Assembly: GCF_036321535.1 (NCBI RefSeq)
Contig: NC_087437.1
Coordinates: forward strand, 76,944,001 to 77,008,000
Direction of reading: 5' to 3'
Length of the DNA stretch: 64,000 nucleotides
From: Camelus dromedarius
Taxonomy: Eukaryota
Below the pieces are notes generated by a model. The model was not told where the DNA came from and did no database searches. It was given only the letters and a program-made list of their open reading frames with translations. Position numbers and translations under genes: made by a program. Shown piece by piece: positions 12,701 to 25,590 of this stretch; positions within the stretch are counted from its first letter, which is position 1; the number at the start of each line of letters is the position of its first letter.

Positions 12701-13781
12701 TGGAGAACATGTACTCCACCTTCAATTCATGGCTTACATACTACTTTTTGGGGAAAGCCTTCTCTGAACCTCCTGTACTGTAGGAGCCAGTTGGCTTCAT
12801 CTCATACAGTTCTCCAAGTGAGTTTCATTCCTCTTGACCACTACTCATGGCAGTAACTGCGTGTTCATTGTCTTGTCTTCTCTAGGGTTGTCTAAAAGCA
12901 ACCCCAACTGAAGGAACTGCAAAACCCTAGCACCTGCCACTGTGATGACTAGTTTCTAATAGCTACTGAAGAAATGCTTGTTGAATGAATGATATATGAC
13001 TTTGAGAATCTAATCAAATGATTTTCATGTTTCTCAGGAAAAGTTTAATTCTTCTAACTCCCTCGTGTCTCTGTCATCGCCTATTATCTTCACCAGTACT
13101 ATTGTTTTTCTGGTTTTAATAAAACCACATTTAATATTTGCTGAGTGCTTAGTAAGTACAAGTTATTGTGACAAATGCTCTTTATACAGTATTATATAAC
13201 TCCTCCAACCATCTCTTGAGATAAGCCCATGGTTTTTTTCCAATCTTTGGGATGAAGGATCTGGATGATTAAGTTGCCTGCACATGATTAAGGACTAACC
13301 TGTTAAACTGAAGACAGGAACCAAAGTCATTCTGGCTACAAGCCCATGGTTATGTTAGTAGGACCTCCAAAGTTTTTAAGCTTTGATGGAAATAATTTTT
13401 TAATGGGGTCTTTTCCATCTCTAGCAAAGGTGGATTGGCTAAACTAAAAATCTACATAAGGTTTGTATTTCATCCCTGATTGCCTTTAAGGTCTTGAACC
13501 CTGATACTTTGTGCTGGCTTCCTCTTCCCATTCCACACGTTCTTGTCAGTCTTACAGTTACGTTGTGATGACTAATAAGAATCCACCTCATATAAATGAT
13601 GGTTTGTTCACAGGCTGTGTCTGAAGATGTTTATGCTTATCAGTATCCTCTTCTTCCAGGACATATAAACATCTTGAATTTTCACCTTCATTTGTAGTTG
13701 ACTGAATCCATGTGACTGGTCTTTGATTAATGAAATGTGGATTGAAGGAAATGCTGCTCTGAGAATCAGTCTCTAAAATCC

Positions 13782-14521
13782 TGTATTTTGTTTGTCTATT
13801 GCTACATAAAAATTATTCTAAAACTTAGTGGTTTAAAAAATAAACATATATTGTGTCACATTCTTTGTTAGTGAGGAATGTGTAAGTGGCCAAGCTGGGT
13901 GGTTCTCACCCAAGGCCTCTCACGAAGTTGCAGTCAAGATTTAGCAGCACTGTAGTTATCTGAAGGCTTGCCTAGGGCAGGAGGACTCAGTCTCAAGATA
14001 GTCCACTCACATGGCTGTCAGGAATCTTCGGTTCTTCACTGGTTGATCTGTTATCACATGGCCCTCTCCATAAAGTGGCTTGAGTATCCTCATATAGAGC
14101 TGGCTACATAATTTGTGGAGCTCAGTGCAACATGAAAATGTGAGACCCTTTGTTGAAAATTTATTAATAGTTGAAACATGGCAACCACTGAGCATTAAAA
14201 CAAGTGTGGTGCCCTTCTAAGTGTGGGGCCTGTGAGAGTGCACAGGACCTATACTCATGAAGCCAGACTTGTCCTCAGAACCTGGCATCTGGATTTTCCC
14301 AGATAATGTGGTCTAAGAAAGAGAGAGAGAAAGCAAGAAGGAAGCTGAATGTCTTTTTTATGGTGTAATTTCAAAAATTACTCACCATCACTCCTGTTCC
14401 ATTCAGTTAGTTAAAAGCAAGTCACCAATTCTAGCCTGCATTCATAGGCAAGAGAATTAGCCTTCACCCTTTGAGGTGAAGATTGTGGAAAAATTTGTGG
14501 ATACATTTTAAAATCACTACA
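13782..14521 (-). mobile_element. MLT1F-like MaLR LTR, interrupted by MER45A
   Basis: TG...CA termini. TCTATTGCT..CTAAAACTTAGTGGTTTAAAA, GAAGTTGCAGTCAAGAT, ATTTGTGGATACATTTTAAAATCACTACA. Confidence 0.85.
14095..14271 (-). mobile_element. MER45A (hAT-Tip100 MITE), full length 177 bp
   Basis: GGCTACATAATTTGTGGAGCTCAGTGCAACATGAAAATG...CATGAAGCCAGACTTG. 8-bp TSD TCCTCATA (14087-14094) / TCCTCAGA (14272-14279). Confidence 0.9.
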
Positions 14522-16477
14522 TGGTCTCTACATTCAATATGTTTTTTTCCCTCCTTCTCAGTTAGACAGGTGGAGGGAAAGCAGTGCGGAACCCCAAGGA
14601 GTCCCTAGGGAGTGACAGAAGCATAGGATAGAAAATTCTAGATCCCTGAGTCATTACTTAGAAAAGAGCTACCAAGGGAAACAGCCCCATCCTACCTTGT
14701 ACTGTAGGTTAGGGTAGAAATAAATCTTTATGTTAAGTCATTGAAATTTTAGGGTAGTTGTAACGTCAGTTATCTTTGTAATTCATAAGCCTGGTTCAGA
14801 ACTTATTGACACAGTTTCTAAGAAGAACAATCCCAAGATGCGCTGTATAGAAAAAGGCTCTGTGTCCAAGTAAGTGAGAAAAAACCTAGATACTACAGTG
14901 TGCACTACCAGTTAAGCCTCTGAGAATTCCCATAGTATAAGATCTGTTTAACTCTGTTTAACTCAACACTTGCCAAGTGTATGACTGCACAAACAGGTAA
15001 ATAGTTCTGATGTTCACAATGACACAGTGATACTGCTTATTCACAATATTGAAATGCTTCATTTTGGTTGATAAATACCATTGTCCAAGCCCTCCAAATG
15101 TCTCTGTCCCCCTGGCCCTGCCCCCAGGTCACCTAAATGGATACTTTTTGTGAGTTGTTCTGGTGCCCACCAGCCAAAGCGCTAGCCCATGGACCCTCCA
15201 TGACTCCTGTGAGAGGGACTCAATCACCAGATGTACCCCTTTGTCCTGAGCAGCCTCCAACTCTGTTGGGGGAAATAGACGAAAGTTCAGTGCCTTTTTG
15301 GTCCCCTGTGAAATATCACTACAGGTAGATATTTCCCCAGATATGTCCTCACATGATCTCTTGTTACATGTGGCACTTTAGGGAAATTGCATCTTCCAAA
15401 GTATTGCCTACGAGTGCTTAACCTTTTAAAATCCTACTTCTTCTAAGAACCACCAGTATTTTAATCAGTTTCTGTTGCAAGGAAGACATTTTAAAAAATC
15501 CTGACTTACTGCCTCACCAATGTGTAGTCTGGGTGAAATAAACCTATTACTTACTTTTGTTGTTCAGATTGACTTGATTCATCTTATAGTAGGATAACAT
15601 TTATTGTATACAGGAATTTTTTAGCCTATGACACAGCATTCGTATAAATTGATATTTATTAATTTTAATTGTAGAGAGCTCACTTTGCCATCATATCACT
15701 GTCCTCTTGTTCATTCATTCATTTACATCTTCAGTGAAGAGCCAATGAATACTAACATGTACAAAGAACACTAGTAGATGCCATGGATGATAAGGTATAT
15801 CAGCCATAGATTACGTTCCTTAGGTCAGGTCGTTTGCCCATCATCACCAAGGTCACTTACATGGATTTCTAGGTGCCCTGAGACTACAAAACCTGTGTAG
15901 CCCAAACATACTTTTTCAAAAGACCTCAGCTCTTCTAAAAATATGTTCCTCTTTCTTGTGTATTTAGCCATTGTCTTATTCCCTTCAAACTTTCCTATTT
16001 CTGGAGACTTGAATAACAGAAGACTTTGTAAATTATATTTTATATATGTCATTATGTTTCTGTTTTGTCTATCTTCATACTTTCTACAACAACAACAAAA
16101 CACATATCTTTTGAAAGTGTTAATAAGTTGAACAAATTATTTGCTTATGATGTGATAGACATTGTAACTTACTGTTACGTAATAGTCATTGTTATTACTA
16201 CCAGTTATAAAAGTATGACTGAACCTCAACCCAGAGGATAATTCTTCATTTTTAAACAACTATTATAGCACATGAAACTTTTCCAATAAGTATATTATTA
16301 AGGCTTAAAGTGAAATGTCTTTAATTTATAGAAGTACAGTTAGCCCCTAAGCCAGGTTTTAAAGAAGGCATAGCTTCTTTTTCCTACCACAAAATATTAT
16401 TATTTTTTTAAAAAATGGAGATAAAGATGTGAGAGGAGAGAGAGAAGAGAGAAGGAGCAACAGTGAATCGCATGCTT

Positions 16478-18852
16478 TATTTTAATATTAGACAAAGTAG
16501 ACTCAAGACTATTACTAGGGATAAAAAAAGGATGTTACGTACTTATAAAGGAATCAACTCATCCAGAAGACAAAGCAGTCCTAAATGAAAATGCACTTAT
16601 TATCAGAGCTTCACAATATGGAAAGCAAAATACATCTACCAGAAAATCGTAAAATATTTCTAAATTAAATAACACAATACTAAATGATGTATGAGTCAAA
16701 GAAGCAATCACAATGGAAATTTTAAAATAGTTTAAATTGAATGAAAATTAAACACAACATTTAAAAATTTGTAGAATGCAATTTAAGCTGTATACTCTTA
16801 AGTGTTCATGTTAGAAAAGGAGGTGTCAAATTAATGATCTAAGTTACCACCTTATGAATCCAGAAAAAAGAGCAAATTAAACACTAAGGAAGCATAAAGA
16901 AAGTAATAATAAAGTTAAGAGCAGAAGTCAATAAAATAGAAAATAGAAAAACAATTTAAAAAATCAATGAAACTGAAACCTGCTTCTTTGAAGAGACCAG
17001 AAAGATCAGGAAAAAAAAGAGCAAAAAAGTTGCCAATATCATAATGAAAAAAAGGATATATCCCAATAAAATTGACAGATACTAAAATAATAATAAAGGA
17101 GTATTCTGAACAAATTATGACAGAAAATTCACTAACTTAGTTATACTGGGTTGATCCCTTGAATGACCAAAATTACCAAAGTCCATCTAAAAAGAGATAG
17201 CTTTGTAGGGCTAGAGCTATTAAAGATACTAAATTTGTAGTTAAAAGCCTTGTCCCTACCCCCACATCCACACACAAATCTGTGTTTGGGTGGCTTCAGA
17301 AATGAATGCTATCAAACACTTAAACAAGAAATAATACCAATTCTTTGCAAACTCTCGCAGAAAATTGAGGAGGAAAATTGACTCCCTAATTCATTCTTGA
17401 TGTCAGCGTTACCCTAATACCAACATCAAAAACATTATAAGGAAAGAAAACTGCAAAACAATATCTTTCATTAACATTGATGTAAAAATCAGTGAAAAAA
17501 AAAAATTAGCAAATCAAATCTAGCAATCTATAAAAGGGATAACAAATCACATTCAAGTTAAATTCATCCCTAAAATGCAAGGCTGGATCAACATTAAAAA
17601 ATTAATCAAAATAATTTATATTAACAGACTAAATAAGAAAAACACATGTTCATCTCAGAGACTAAAAAAGCACTGAAAAAAATTCAACATCAATTCATGA
17701 TAAATACTCCCAGAAAATTAAGAATAGAATGAAAATTTCTCAACAATGTAAAAGCCTATTATGAAAAATCTATAGCTAGCATCATTCTTTGTAGTGGAGG
17801 ACTGAGTTCCCTGCACCTCCACTCTCCCAAGATTTGGAACAAAGGAAGGACATATGTCCTTTTTTTCCATTTCTCTTCAAAAAATAAAAATTAGAAGATA
17901 CACAGATTTAAAAGAAAAAGCTATCTTTATTTACAGATGATCTAATTGTCAGTTACTAGAACTAATAAATGAAGTTAACAAGTTTGCAATATAAAACTAA
18001 ATATGCAAAAATCAATTTTATATCTATATACTGGCAATAAGCAATTGGAAAAGAAATTTAAAAATATTATTTACAATATTATCAATAGACATGAAGTACT
18101 TAGAAATAGATGCCACAAAATATGTGCAAGACTAAAAGTTACATAATATTGCTGATAGAAATTATGGAAGAGCTAAATGAATAGTCATACTATTATGGAT
18201 TAGAAGACTCTATGTTGTTAAGATGGCAGTTTTACCCAAGTTAATCTGTAAATTTAACACAATCCAAATCAGATTTTCAGGAGGGTGTGTGTGTTTGTGT
18301 GTGTGTTTTGTAGAAATTGACAAATTGAGTCTAAATTTTATATGAAATTACAAAGGACTTAGAATAGTCAAAACAATACAAAGTAAAATGAAGTTGGCAT
18401 ATTCATACTACCTGACTATAAGACTTAATGCAAAGTGATAGTATTCAAGGAATTGTGGTAATGGCATAAGGAGAAACAGAATACTCTAACCCAATAAAAA
18501 GCCCATAAATAGATCGCACACATGTGGTCAGTTGTTGTTTTCCATCAATACCAAGGTAATTAAACTGAGATAGAGATCCTTTTAAAAAATGGTGTGGGGC
18601 ATTCATATGCATAAACAAACAGACACACAAACCCAAACAACTGTAGAGCTTGCATACAACAGTATGAATCTTAAAAAGCATCGTTCTAACTGAAAGAAGT
18701 CCTACATAAAAAGGGTACATACTACATGATTCCATTTATACAACATTCCAGGGATGGCAAAAGCCCTAGAAGTGGAAATCAGATCAGTGCTTGTCAGGAG
18801 CTGGAGGGTGAAGGCAGAGGATTGACCACAGAGAGGCATAAGGGCATTTTTA
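16478..18852 (+). mobile_element. Old L1 (L1MC/MD-like) ORF2 remnant plus 3' end, heavily deleted
   Basis: A-rich strand. Endonuclease-region (AGACAAAGTAGACT) and RT-region motifs (ATTCATCCCTAAAATGCAAGGCTGG, AAAAAATTCAACATCAATTCATGATAAA), then ATGATTCCATTTATA 3'UTR. No intact ORF. Confidence 0.9.
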
Positions 18853-19109
18853 ACTATGTAACTTCACATGTTGTTCCAACTACATAGAGAAATACAAAAA
18901 CAAAATTTCAGTCTTTAATTATTGTCTATTCCACTAGCACACTAGACATTAGGGGAGATAATTGGGATAAGCTGTAACATTTTGAACTGAGTCCTTATAA
19001 TGTGATCTGCATTACTCACATCTAGACCATCCCTCTAAAACAATGGCTTCTATCAACAGCTGTGAAATAGGCCAAAAATCATTAGTTACTACTCTTTACA
19101 TCTGACAAA

Positions 19110-20345
19110 TCTTGAGCTTCTATCTTGTGCCAGCTGCTTTTTAAATGCTGGTGATAACAGTGATCAAAACAGAAAGATATGACTTCCCTTGGAGCTCATT
19201 TTCTGTTGTAAGGAGACAGAAAATGTAAATAAGATGAATATGATGTATAATTCATTAGAATGTAATAAATATTAAGGATAAAATTAAGGTGGAAAAAGGG
19301 GGACTAGGGTGAAAGGGGTTTTGAGCTTTTTGATACGGTGTCTGGGAAGGCTCCAACTGAAACGGTGACATTTGAATAAAGCCCAGAATGAAGTGATGGG
19401 GACTTGGTCATGTAAATGTCCCAAAGAAGAGCATTCTAGGCAGAGAGAGTGCAAAACTTCTGAAGAAAGAGAGACCTCGGGTGTTAGAGGAAAAGGAACA
19501 GGACTGTTGTACCTGAACCAATAGCATATTTGGGCAGAGCGGTAGCAGTGAACCAGAATGTATAGGGCCTTGTGAGCCACTGGGAGGCCTTGAGTTTTAC
19601 TCTGAACTCTCTGGGAGCCTTTGGAGATTTTTGGACAAAGGTGTCATGATCTGACTTTCGTTTTAAAAGGATCACTCTGCCACCATTTTGACAGTAGAAT
19701 GGAAGGGAGCAAAGGTGAAAGTAGGGAAGATGATTCGGAGGCCATTACAATAATCCTGGAAAGAAATGGTAATAGTTTGGACAAGGGTAGCAGCACTGGA
19801 TGGAGTGATGAGTGGTTAGATTCTGGATGTATTTCGATGTTATAGATGGCAAGATTTACAATCAAATTTAAGATGTAAAAGAGAATGGGTTTGAGAAAGG
19901 AATGAATGAAAAAGATTCCTACAATTTGGAACTGAGCAACTGGGAGACCAGAGAAGCTTGTTTGGCAGGTGGTATGTATAAGGCGGTGGACACAGAAGAT
20001 CAGAAGCTCAGTTTTAAACATGTTAAGTTGGAGATGACCATTAGACATCCAGAAGAAGATAGTGGTTAGGCAATTGAATATTCAAATCTACAGTTCACAA
20101 AAGAGGTCTGGGCTGGAGATTGAAATTTGAGAGTCATTGGCAAATAGTATTTAAAGCCATGGGAATAGATAAAAATGAAATAAGGATGAGGGATTAAGTG
20201 TGGGTCGGTAAGAGAAGCTGTCCAAGGACTGTATCCTGAGACACATCAATAATAAGAGATGGGGGAGATGAGAAAAATTCACAAAGGAAACCAATAAAGA
20301 ACAGAGAGGCAATGGAAAATCAGGGAGAATGTGGTGTCTTGGTTA
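19110..20345 (-). mobile_element. L2 LINE (L2a-like) 3' portion
   Basis: ORF 19644..20048(-) begins MSNGHLQLNMFKTELLIF, the L2/CR1 RT C-terminal LKLNxxKTE motif. Typical AAAGGATCACTCTG and GATTCTGGATGTATTT. Confidence 0.9.
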
Positions 20346-21522
20346 AAGAGCTAAAGTTTGCAAACTCTACAGTCTTACAGATGAAAGTGGATCCAAAGTT
20401 ATTCCTGTAATAATGTCACTCCCACTACTTGAATACTGATGTGCTTTTTTTTTTTTTTTTTGAGTAGGAAAGAATTTGATAGAACCTCAAAGTTAGCAGA
20501 TCATAAGTTGTGGAAAGGCAGCCTGTCTTGTCCCTGCCTCTCTCTAGACCAAGTGATCATTTCTGGCATATGGTTAATTAATATAACATTTAAAACAAAG
20601 CAAAACAAACAAGGAACCAAACTATAATGTCGGTTTTGGGTTACTTTCCCCCTTATTCCACCCTGAAACCCAGTCCTTTTTTAATCTTGAAGGAAATATC
20701 AAAAACTGGATATATCCATGTAATAAATCATAGTCATGGGCAATCTATTCCATATGCTGAATTAGGAAAAACACTAAGAATCTCAGGTAAAAATTATTGG
20801 AGGTAGCTCACTGGTCCCATCTGTTTTAGTTTTTCAGCTGGAGCTACATGTATAAGTTCTCATAACTTCTCAACATGTGTTCTTAGAGTACTTCTTAGTG
20901 TAACAGCAATATCAGTAATAAGCTCTTTGCTTTGTTGAGTTTCTCAAACAGCAAGGGGCAAAGGTCTATAGATTAGATTTTGTGGCTCTGTAATGAAACT
21001 CTGGCCCTGTGCATTTCATAACAAGTGCTTTTCTACAGTGACTGGCTCATGACTAAAACCAATGTTAATTCATTATACTAACCCACAACTGATAGGTAAC
21101 TGGTAGTATGCAACTCAGCAGTATCATTCAACTTGGTGTAAACCACAGGGACCACAGGAACCATTTCCCCCAGTTACATCTGAGCTTAGCTACTATGCAT
21201 TTTTTTTCATGATCTATTACTGAATATGTTATCTACTATAATCAGCTTATGCTTATTCAAAACACAGATTAATCTAACATACATTTGCTGTAACAGTGTG
21301 GACCACACTAGCCAAGAATATTAGAGTAATTTAATATTAGGATAGAAATTCTTATTATATAGCATAAATCTAAATTTGTTATTCTCTCATTCTTCTGAAA
21401 CATAATGAAACCCTAGTTTCTAAAAATGTACACTGAATTAATAAAATTACCTCCAATGGTAAAATAAACAGTTTTGCTTGATATTGCTTGGTTTTCTTAC
21501 TTAACTTCGATCTTTATCAGAT

Positions 21523-21558
<36 letters not shown>

Positions 21559-22529
21559 TATGTATCTCAGAGATGTGTGTGTATATATATATATGATTGT
21601 TTATTTTCTTATTCAAATATAACTTTCAAAAACTAGGTAGTAGATTTTAACAGTATTTGCTGCTATTTGGGTTTTGTTGTTGCTGCAGTTTTACTGTAAT
21701 ACCTCTATCTGGGCTGCCCTGCACTATTGTTACGCCTGCTGGAATGAAGGCAAGCACATGGCTTTGGAGGTGGCCAGCCTTCAGTTCATATGCCTGCTCT
21801 GTCCTTTCTGACTGTGTAAAGTTGCACTAGCTATTTTGACTTAGTCCCGTATATATAAAGGAAGTGAAAATATATACCTCCACATTAAAATACGTGGATA
21901 TATATGTGCGTACATATTGTCTTTAAAAAGCATGGATGGCACAGTGGCTAATTTAAGCCCTTCTTCTTGTCTTTATACCTTCCTGCCTGTCTTCTATGTC
22001 AGCCATTATTTCTCTACCTTTCGTACATTAGTCTTCACTCATGAGGATGTTTGTTTATCTATCTGAACTGTTATCTGTCCGTGTGTTCCTACTGTTGTCC
22101 TTCCCTTTGTCTAACCATCCATTAGTGCACCTATTGATTCATTTGTCTCCCCATCTTCTCAATTCATTTTCTATCTGCCTGTGGGATTGCCTTTTACCTT
22201 TCTATTTTTATCTAGAAGTATATCCCTCTATTTCCACTATATCCACTATATTACAAAACCAAGGTGTTTTCACCTAATAAAACATCTTGAACACATAAAA
22301 TCCAATATACTTAGATATAGAAAAGGCCTTGATTTTTATTCTAGTTCGAATTTTTCTACTCACAGCTTATGAAGGTGAACTGATTAATCTATTACTCTCT
22401 AGTAAGCAGCCTAGATACTACATAGACTAGTGTCAAGGATTTTCAGCTCCCTTTAAATTGCTTTCTTTAGATAAAATTTTTCCAAAATAGTTTGTATAAT
22501 TTGAGTTTTTGTTAATTTTTCCTTAATAT

Positions 22530-22990
22530 TTTAGGGTAACTAAGTTGATTTTAGCTGCAAATTTCAGAGCAGTGGAATCCGGATGACTGACCAAGCAACT
22601 GGGTAATTCTGCTTCTTCCATCTGTAGTTCTTCACCTCTTTCTGTCCCCTTTCATGTCTTAGTTTCGTCTTTCAGATTTTTTCCCTCAGCTTATGTCAAT
22701 GGCTGGCAGCAGCAACTGGGACAACGTGCATCCTTGTCCATCTACTTTTGTGAACTGCCAAACTCTACCAAATATGACATATTCGTGTTTTCTCCTCTCT
22801 TCTAATTCAGCCAGCTGAAGTCACATACCTGCCGCTGAGCCAAAAACACCAAAGTGATGCTATGCTTGACTTGGGAAATGGAATTTAAAATTACTGGTTT
22901 TAGGCCATCAGAATCTATGCTTGAGCTCCAAATTGGCTCACTTTCCTTGACTCACTTGAGCTGAGGTCTGTATGCACCTCAACAAACTTG
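22530..22990 (-). mobile_element. Old MaLR LTR remnant (MLT1K/L-like)
   Basis: ATGGCTGGCAGCAGC, GTCACATACCTGCCGCTGAGCCAA. Highly degenerate. Confidence 0.5.
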
Positions 22991-23983
22991 GCATTATATA
23001 TTGTGAGGAATATATAACATAAGACTACATAATATATAATACGGGCAGTTAGTAGTGTCCATTACAGGCAGTTATTATAAAGGTTTCTTTCGTTCTCATC
23101 TGAATTTTTTATTGCTTTTTAAAAATTTTTTAATATAATTTATTTTTCTGCTATAGAAACTGTTATCCATTTATTCACCCATTGAATTTTCATAGTATAA
23201 AAGCTACTATCCATTTAGTCATTCATTTGATTTTACCTTGCCTAAAACACTGAAATGCTTATAAATTTCTTTTGTATTTGTTCATTTTCATGGTTTTGTC
23301 TTGTACTGCACTTAAACTCCCATGAGCAAGAATTGTTTCTTTCAACTTTGCATTTCAGTGTATTTAGCATATAAGTACTCAATAGATATTTATCAGATTA
23401 ACAAATAAATGAAACAGACTACCTAGCTAAATAATTCTGCTATACAACACTCTAGCATTTATTACAGGGTTATTTGTATGGGGAAATACATAAAAGGAAT
23501 TTAATAGTTAACAATGCAAAAATGTTTGGGCAGAGTATGGTATATCAATAAGTCTTGAAAATTTTATTTATGAATTTTTATAGCATAAGGGAAAAACCTT
23601 AAAATATTAAATGAAAAATTCGTGTACTAAATTATATTCACTTAATATAAAATATATAATTTTAACATGGAGAAAATATTAATAGTGCTTATGAAATATG
23701 TTTTTTCTTTAGATTACTCTGTGCACAAATTTCTATAATGAACATTTTTATTGAGGTATAGTTGATGTACAGTATTATATAAATTTCAGGTGCACAATAG
23801 AGTGATTTGCAATTTTTAAATGTCATATTTCATTTGTAGTTATTTAAAAATATTGGCTGTATTCCCTGTGTTGTACTTTGTGTCCTTGTTGCTTATTTAT
23901 TTTATACATAGGGCATTAAGAGGTACAAACCACTATCTCTATCTTGCCCCCACTTCCCTCATCCTACTGGTAACCACTAGTTT

Positions 23984-23985
<2 letters not shown>

Positions 23986-24058
<73 letters not shown>
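23986..24058. repeat. (CT)n(AT)n compound microsatellite
   Basis: Direct reading. Confidence 0.95.
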
Positions 24059-24059
<1 letters not shown>

Positions 24060-24069
24060 CAAACAAAAA

Positions 24070-24409
24070 CTAGAGTGAGGTAGCACTGATCAGAATGGCC
24101 ATCATCAAAAAGTCTAGAAATACTAATGCTGGAGAGGGTGTGGAGAAATGGAAACCCTCCTACACTGTTGGTGGGAGTGTATAAATCAGTGTAGCCACTA
24201 TAAAGAACAGTATGGGAGTTCCTTTAAAAATTAAAAATAGAGTTAACATAAGATCCAACAATCCCACTCCTGGGCATATAGCTGGAAAAGACAAAAACTA
24301 ATTCAAAGAGATACATGCACCCCAATGTTCATAGCAGGACTACTTACAATAGCCAACACATGGAAGCAACCTAAATGCCCGTCAACAGATGAAGGAATAA
24401 AGAAGATAT

Positions 24410-24463
<54 letters not shown>

Positions 24464-24839
24464 CGTTCAATGGAATATTACTCAGCCATAAAAAAGACTG
24501 AAATAATGTCATTTGCAGCAACATGGATAGACCCAGAGACTATCATAGTAATTGAAGTAAGTCAGAAAGAGAATGATAAATGTAATATGATATCACTTAT
24601 ATGTGGAATCTGAAAAATGATACAAATGAACTTATTTATAAAACAGAAATAGACTTACAGACATAGAAAACAAATTTAAAATTACCAAAGGGGACAGGAA
24701 GGAGGAGGGATAAATTAGGAGTTTGGAATTAAGAGATATACATTACTATATATAAAATAGATAAACAACAAGGACCTACTGCATAGCACAGGGAATGATA
24801 TTCAGTATCTTTTAATAACCTATAATGGAAAAGAATCTT
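24070..24839 (+). mobile_element. L1 ORF2 C-terminus plus 3'UTR (inner element), lacking its poly(A) end, with (GT)26 at 24411-24462
   Basis: TCAGAATGGCCATCATCAAAAAGTCT...GGAAGCAACCTAAATGCCC...GGAATATTACTCAGCCATAAAAAAG. Stops abruptly at AATGGAAAAGAATCT. Confidence 0.92.
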
Positions 24840-24926
24840 CATGTATCTTTTCAAATTAATGTTTTCATTTTTTTTTTTTTTTAGATACTCAGGAGTGGAA
24901 TTACTGGAGCATATAGTAGTGCAATT

Positions 24927-25027
24927 CTCTTTTCTTTCTTTCTTTTTTTTAATGGCAGTTCTGAGATTGAACCCAGGACCTTGTGCACACTGAGCACACA
25001 CTCTACCACTGAGATAACCCCTACCCC
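24927..25027 (-). mobile_element. Vic-1-type camelid tRNA-derived SINE
   Basis: CTGAGATTGAACCCAGGACCTTGTGCACACTGAGCACACACTCTACCACTGAGATAACCCCTACCCC (B and A boxes on the minus strand). 24-bp TSD at 24903-24926 / 25028-25051 with 2 mismatches. Confidence 0.9.
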
Positions 25028-25084
25028 ACTGGATCATATGGTAGTGCAATTTTTAAATTTCTATAATGAACTTGTGTTTCAGGA

Positions 25085-25590
25085 TGCTGTGAGCAATAGT
25101 CAATCAGTTTATTAAGGAATACAAAAGTTTACACATAGTGAAATGTCCTGAGATAGAGCAGTTCTAGAGTTACTTAATTCAGCAGCTCAGTGACATCAAC
25201 CCAGGTTCTTTCTTCTTTCCACCTTGTCATCTTTAGCCCATCAGCTTAGCTCCACCAGTGGTTTCAAAAGGATGCCACAATTCCAGGATCACAGAAGGCA
25301 TGACACCCTCTAGCCAGAAAGTACCTTTTCTTCCTGTGTGTCTGTTTTTAAGAGCACAGAAAGTCAAACCAGGAGTCTTCCAACAGATCTTCTCTCATAC
25401 CTCATTGGACATACCTGAGTCATTTGCCCAGTCTAAATAGATTATTGGGACATATGGAAACATCCCCCTGATCTGAGTCTACTGAGCCACTTGTGGGAAG
25501 TGGACTGAACAAAATCAATAAGAGTAGTTCTTTTCTAAAGGGAGAGGGAACAACAGGTTTATCAGGGGTTAACTAACATTGTCTGCAACA
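25085..25590 (-). mobile_element. MaLR LTR (MLT1J/K-like)
   Basis: TTAATTCAGCAGCTCAGTGACATCAACCCAGGTTCTTTC, CAGATCTTCTCTCATACCTCATTGG, terminal GTCTGCAACA. Confidence 0.75.

Larger units (their letters stand above)
13640..14775 (+). mobile_element. Old MLT1 LTR split by the 13782-14521 insertion
   Basis: 5' half has CCATGTGACTGG..AATGAAATGTG. 3' half has GATCCCTGAGTCATTAC, AGAAATAAATCTTTATGTTAAGTCATTGAAATTTTAGGG. Confidence 0.7.
23744..25054 (-). mobile_element. 5'-truncated L1 (outer element of a composite), with internal deletion
   Basis: 3'UTR TTTTATTGAGGTATAGTTGATGTACA...GGTAACCACTAGTTTGTTCTCT. ORF2-end piece at 24840-25054. Perfect 17-bp TSD AAATTTCTATAATGAAC at 23727-23743 and 25055-25071. 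Confidence 0.85.

Noticed and set aside
21523..21594. Hairpin-like (TA)n(CA)n...(TG)n(TA)n structure
   Set aside because: Self-complementarity is a trivial property of compound dinucleotide microsatellites.
24960..25027. tRNA-like A/B boxes (also at 4790-4852)
   Set aside because: These are SINE heads with tails and TSDs, not tRNA genes.
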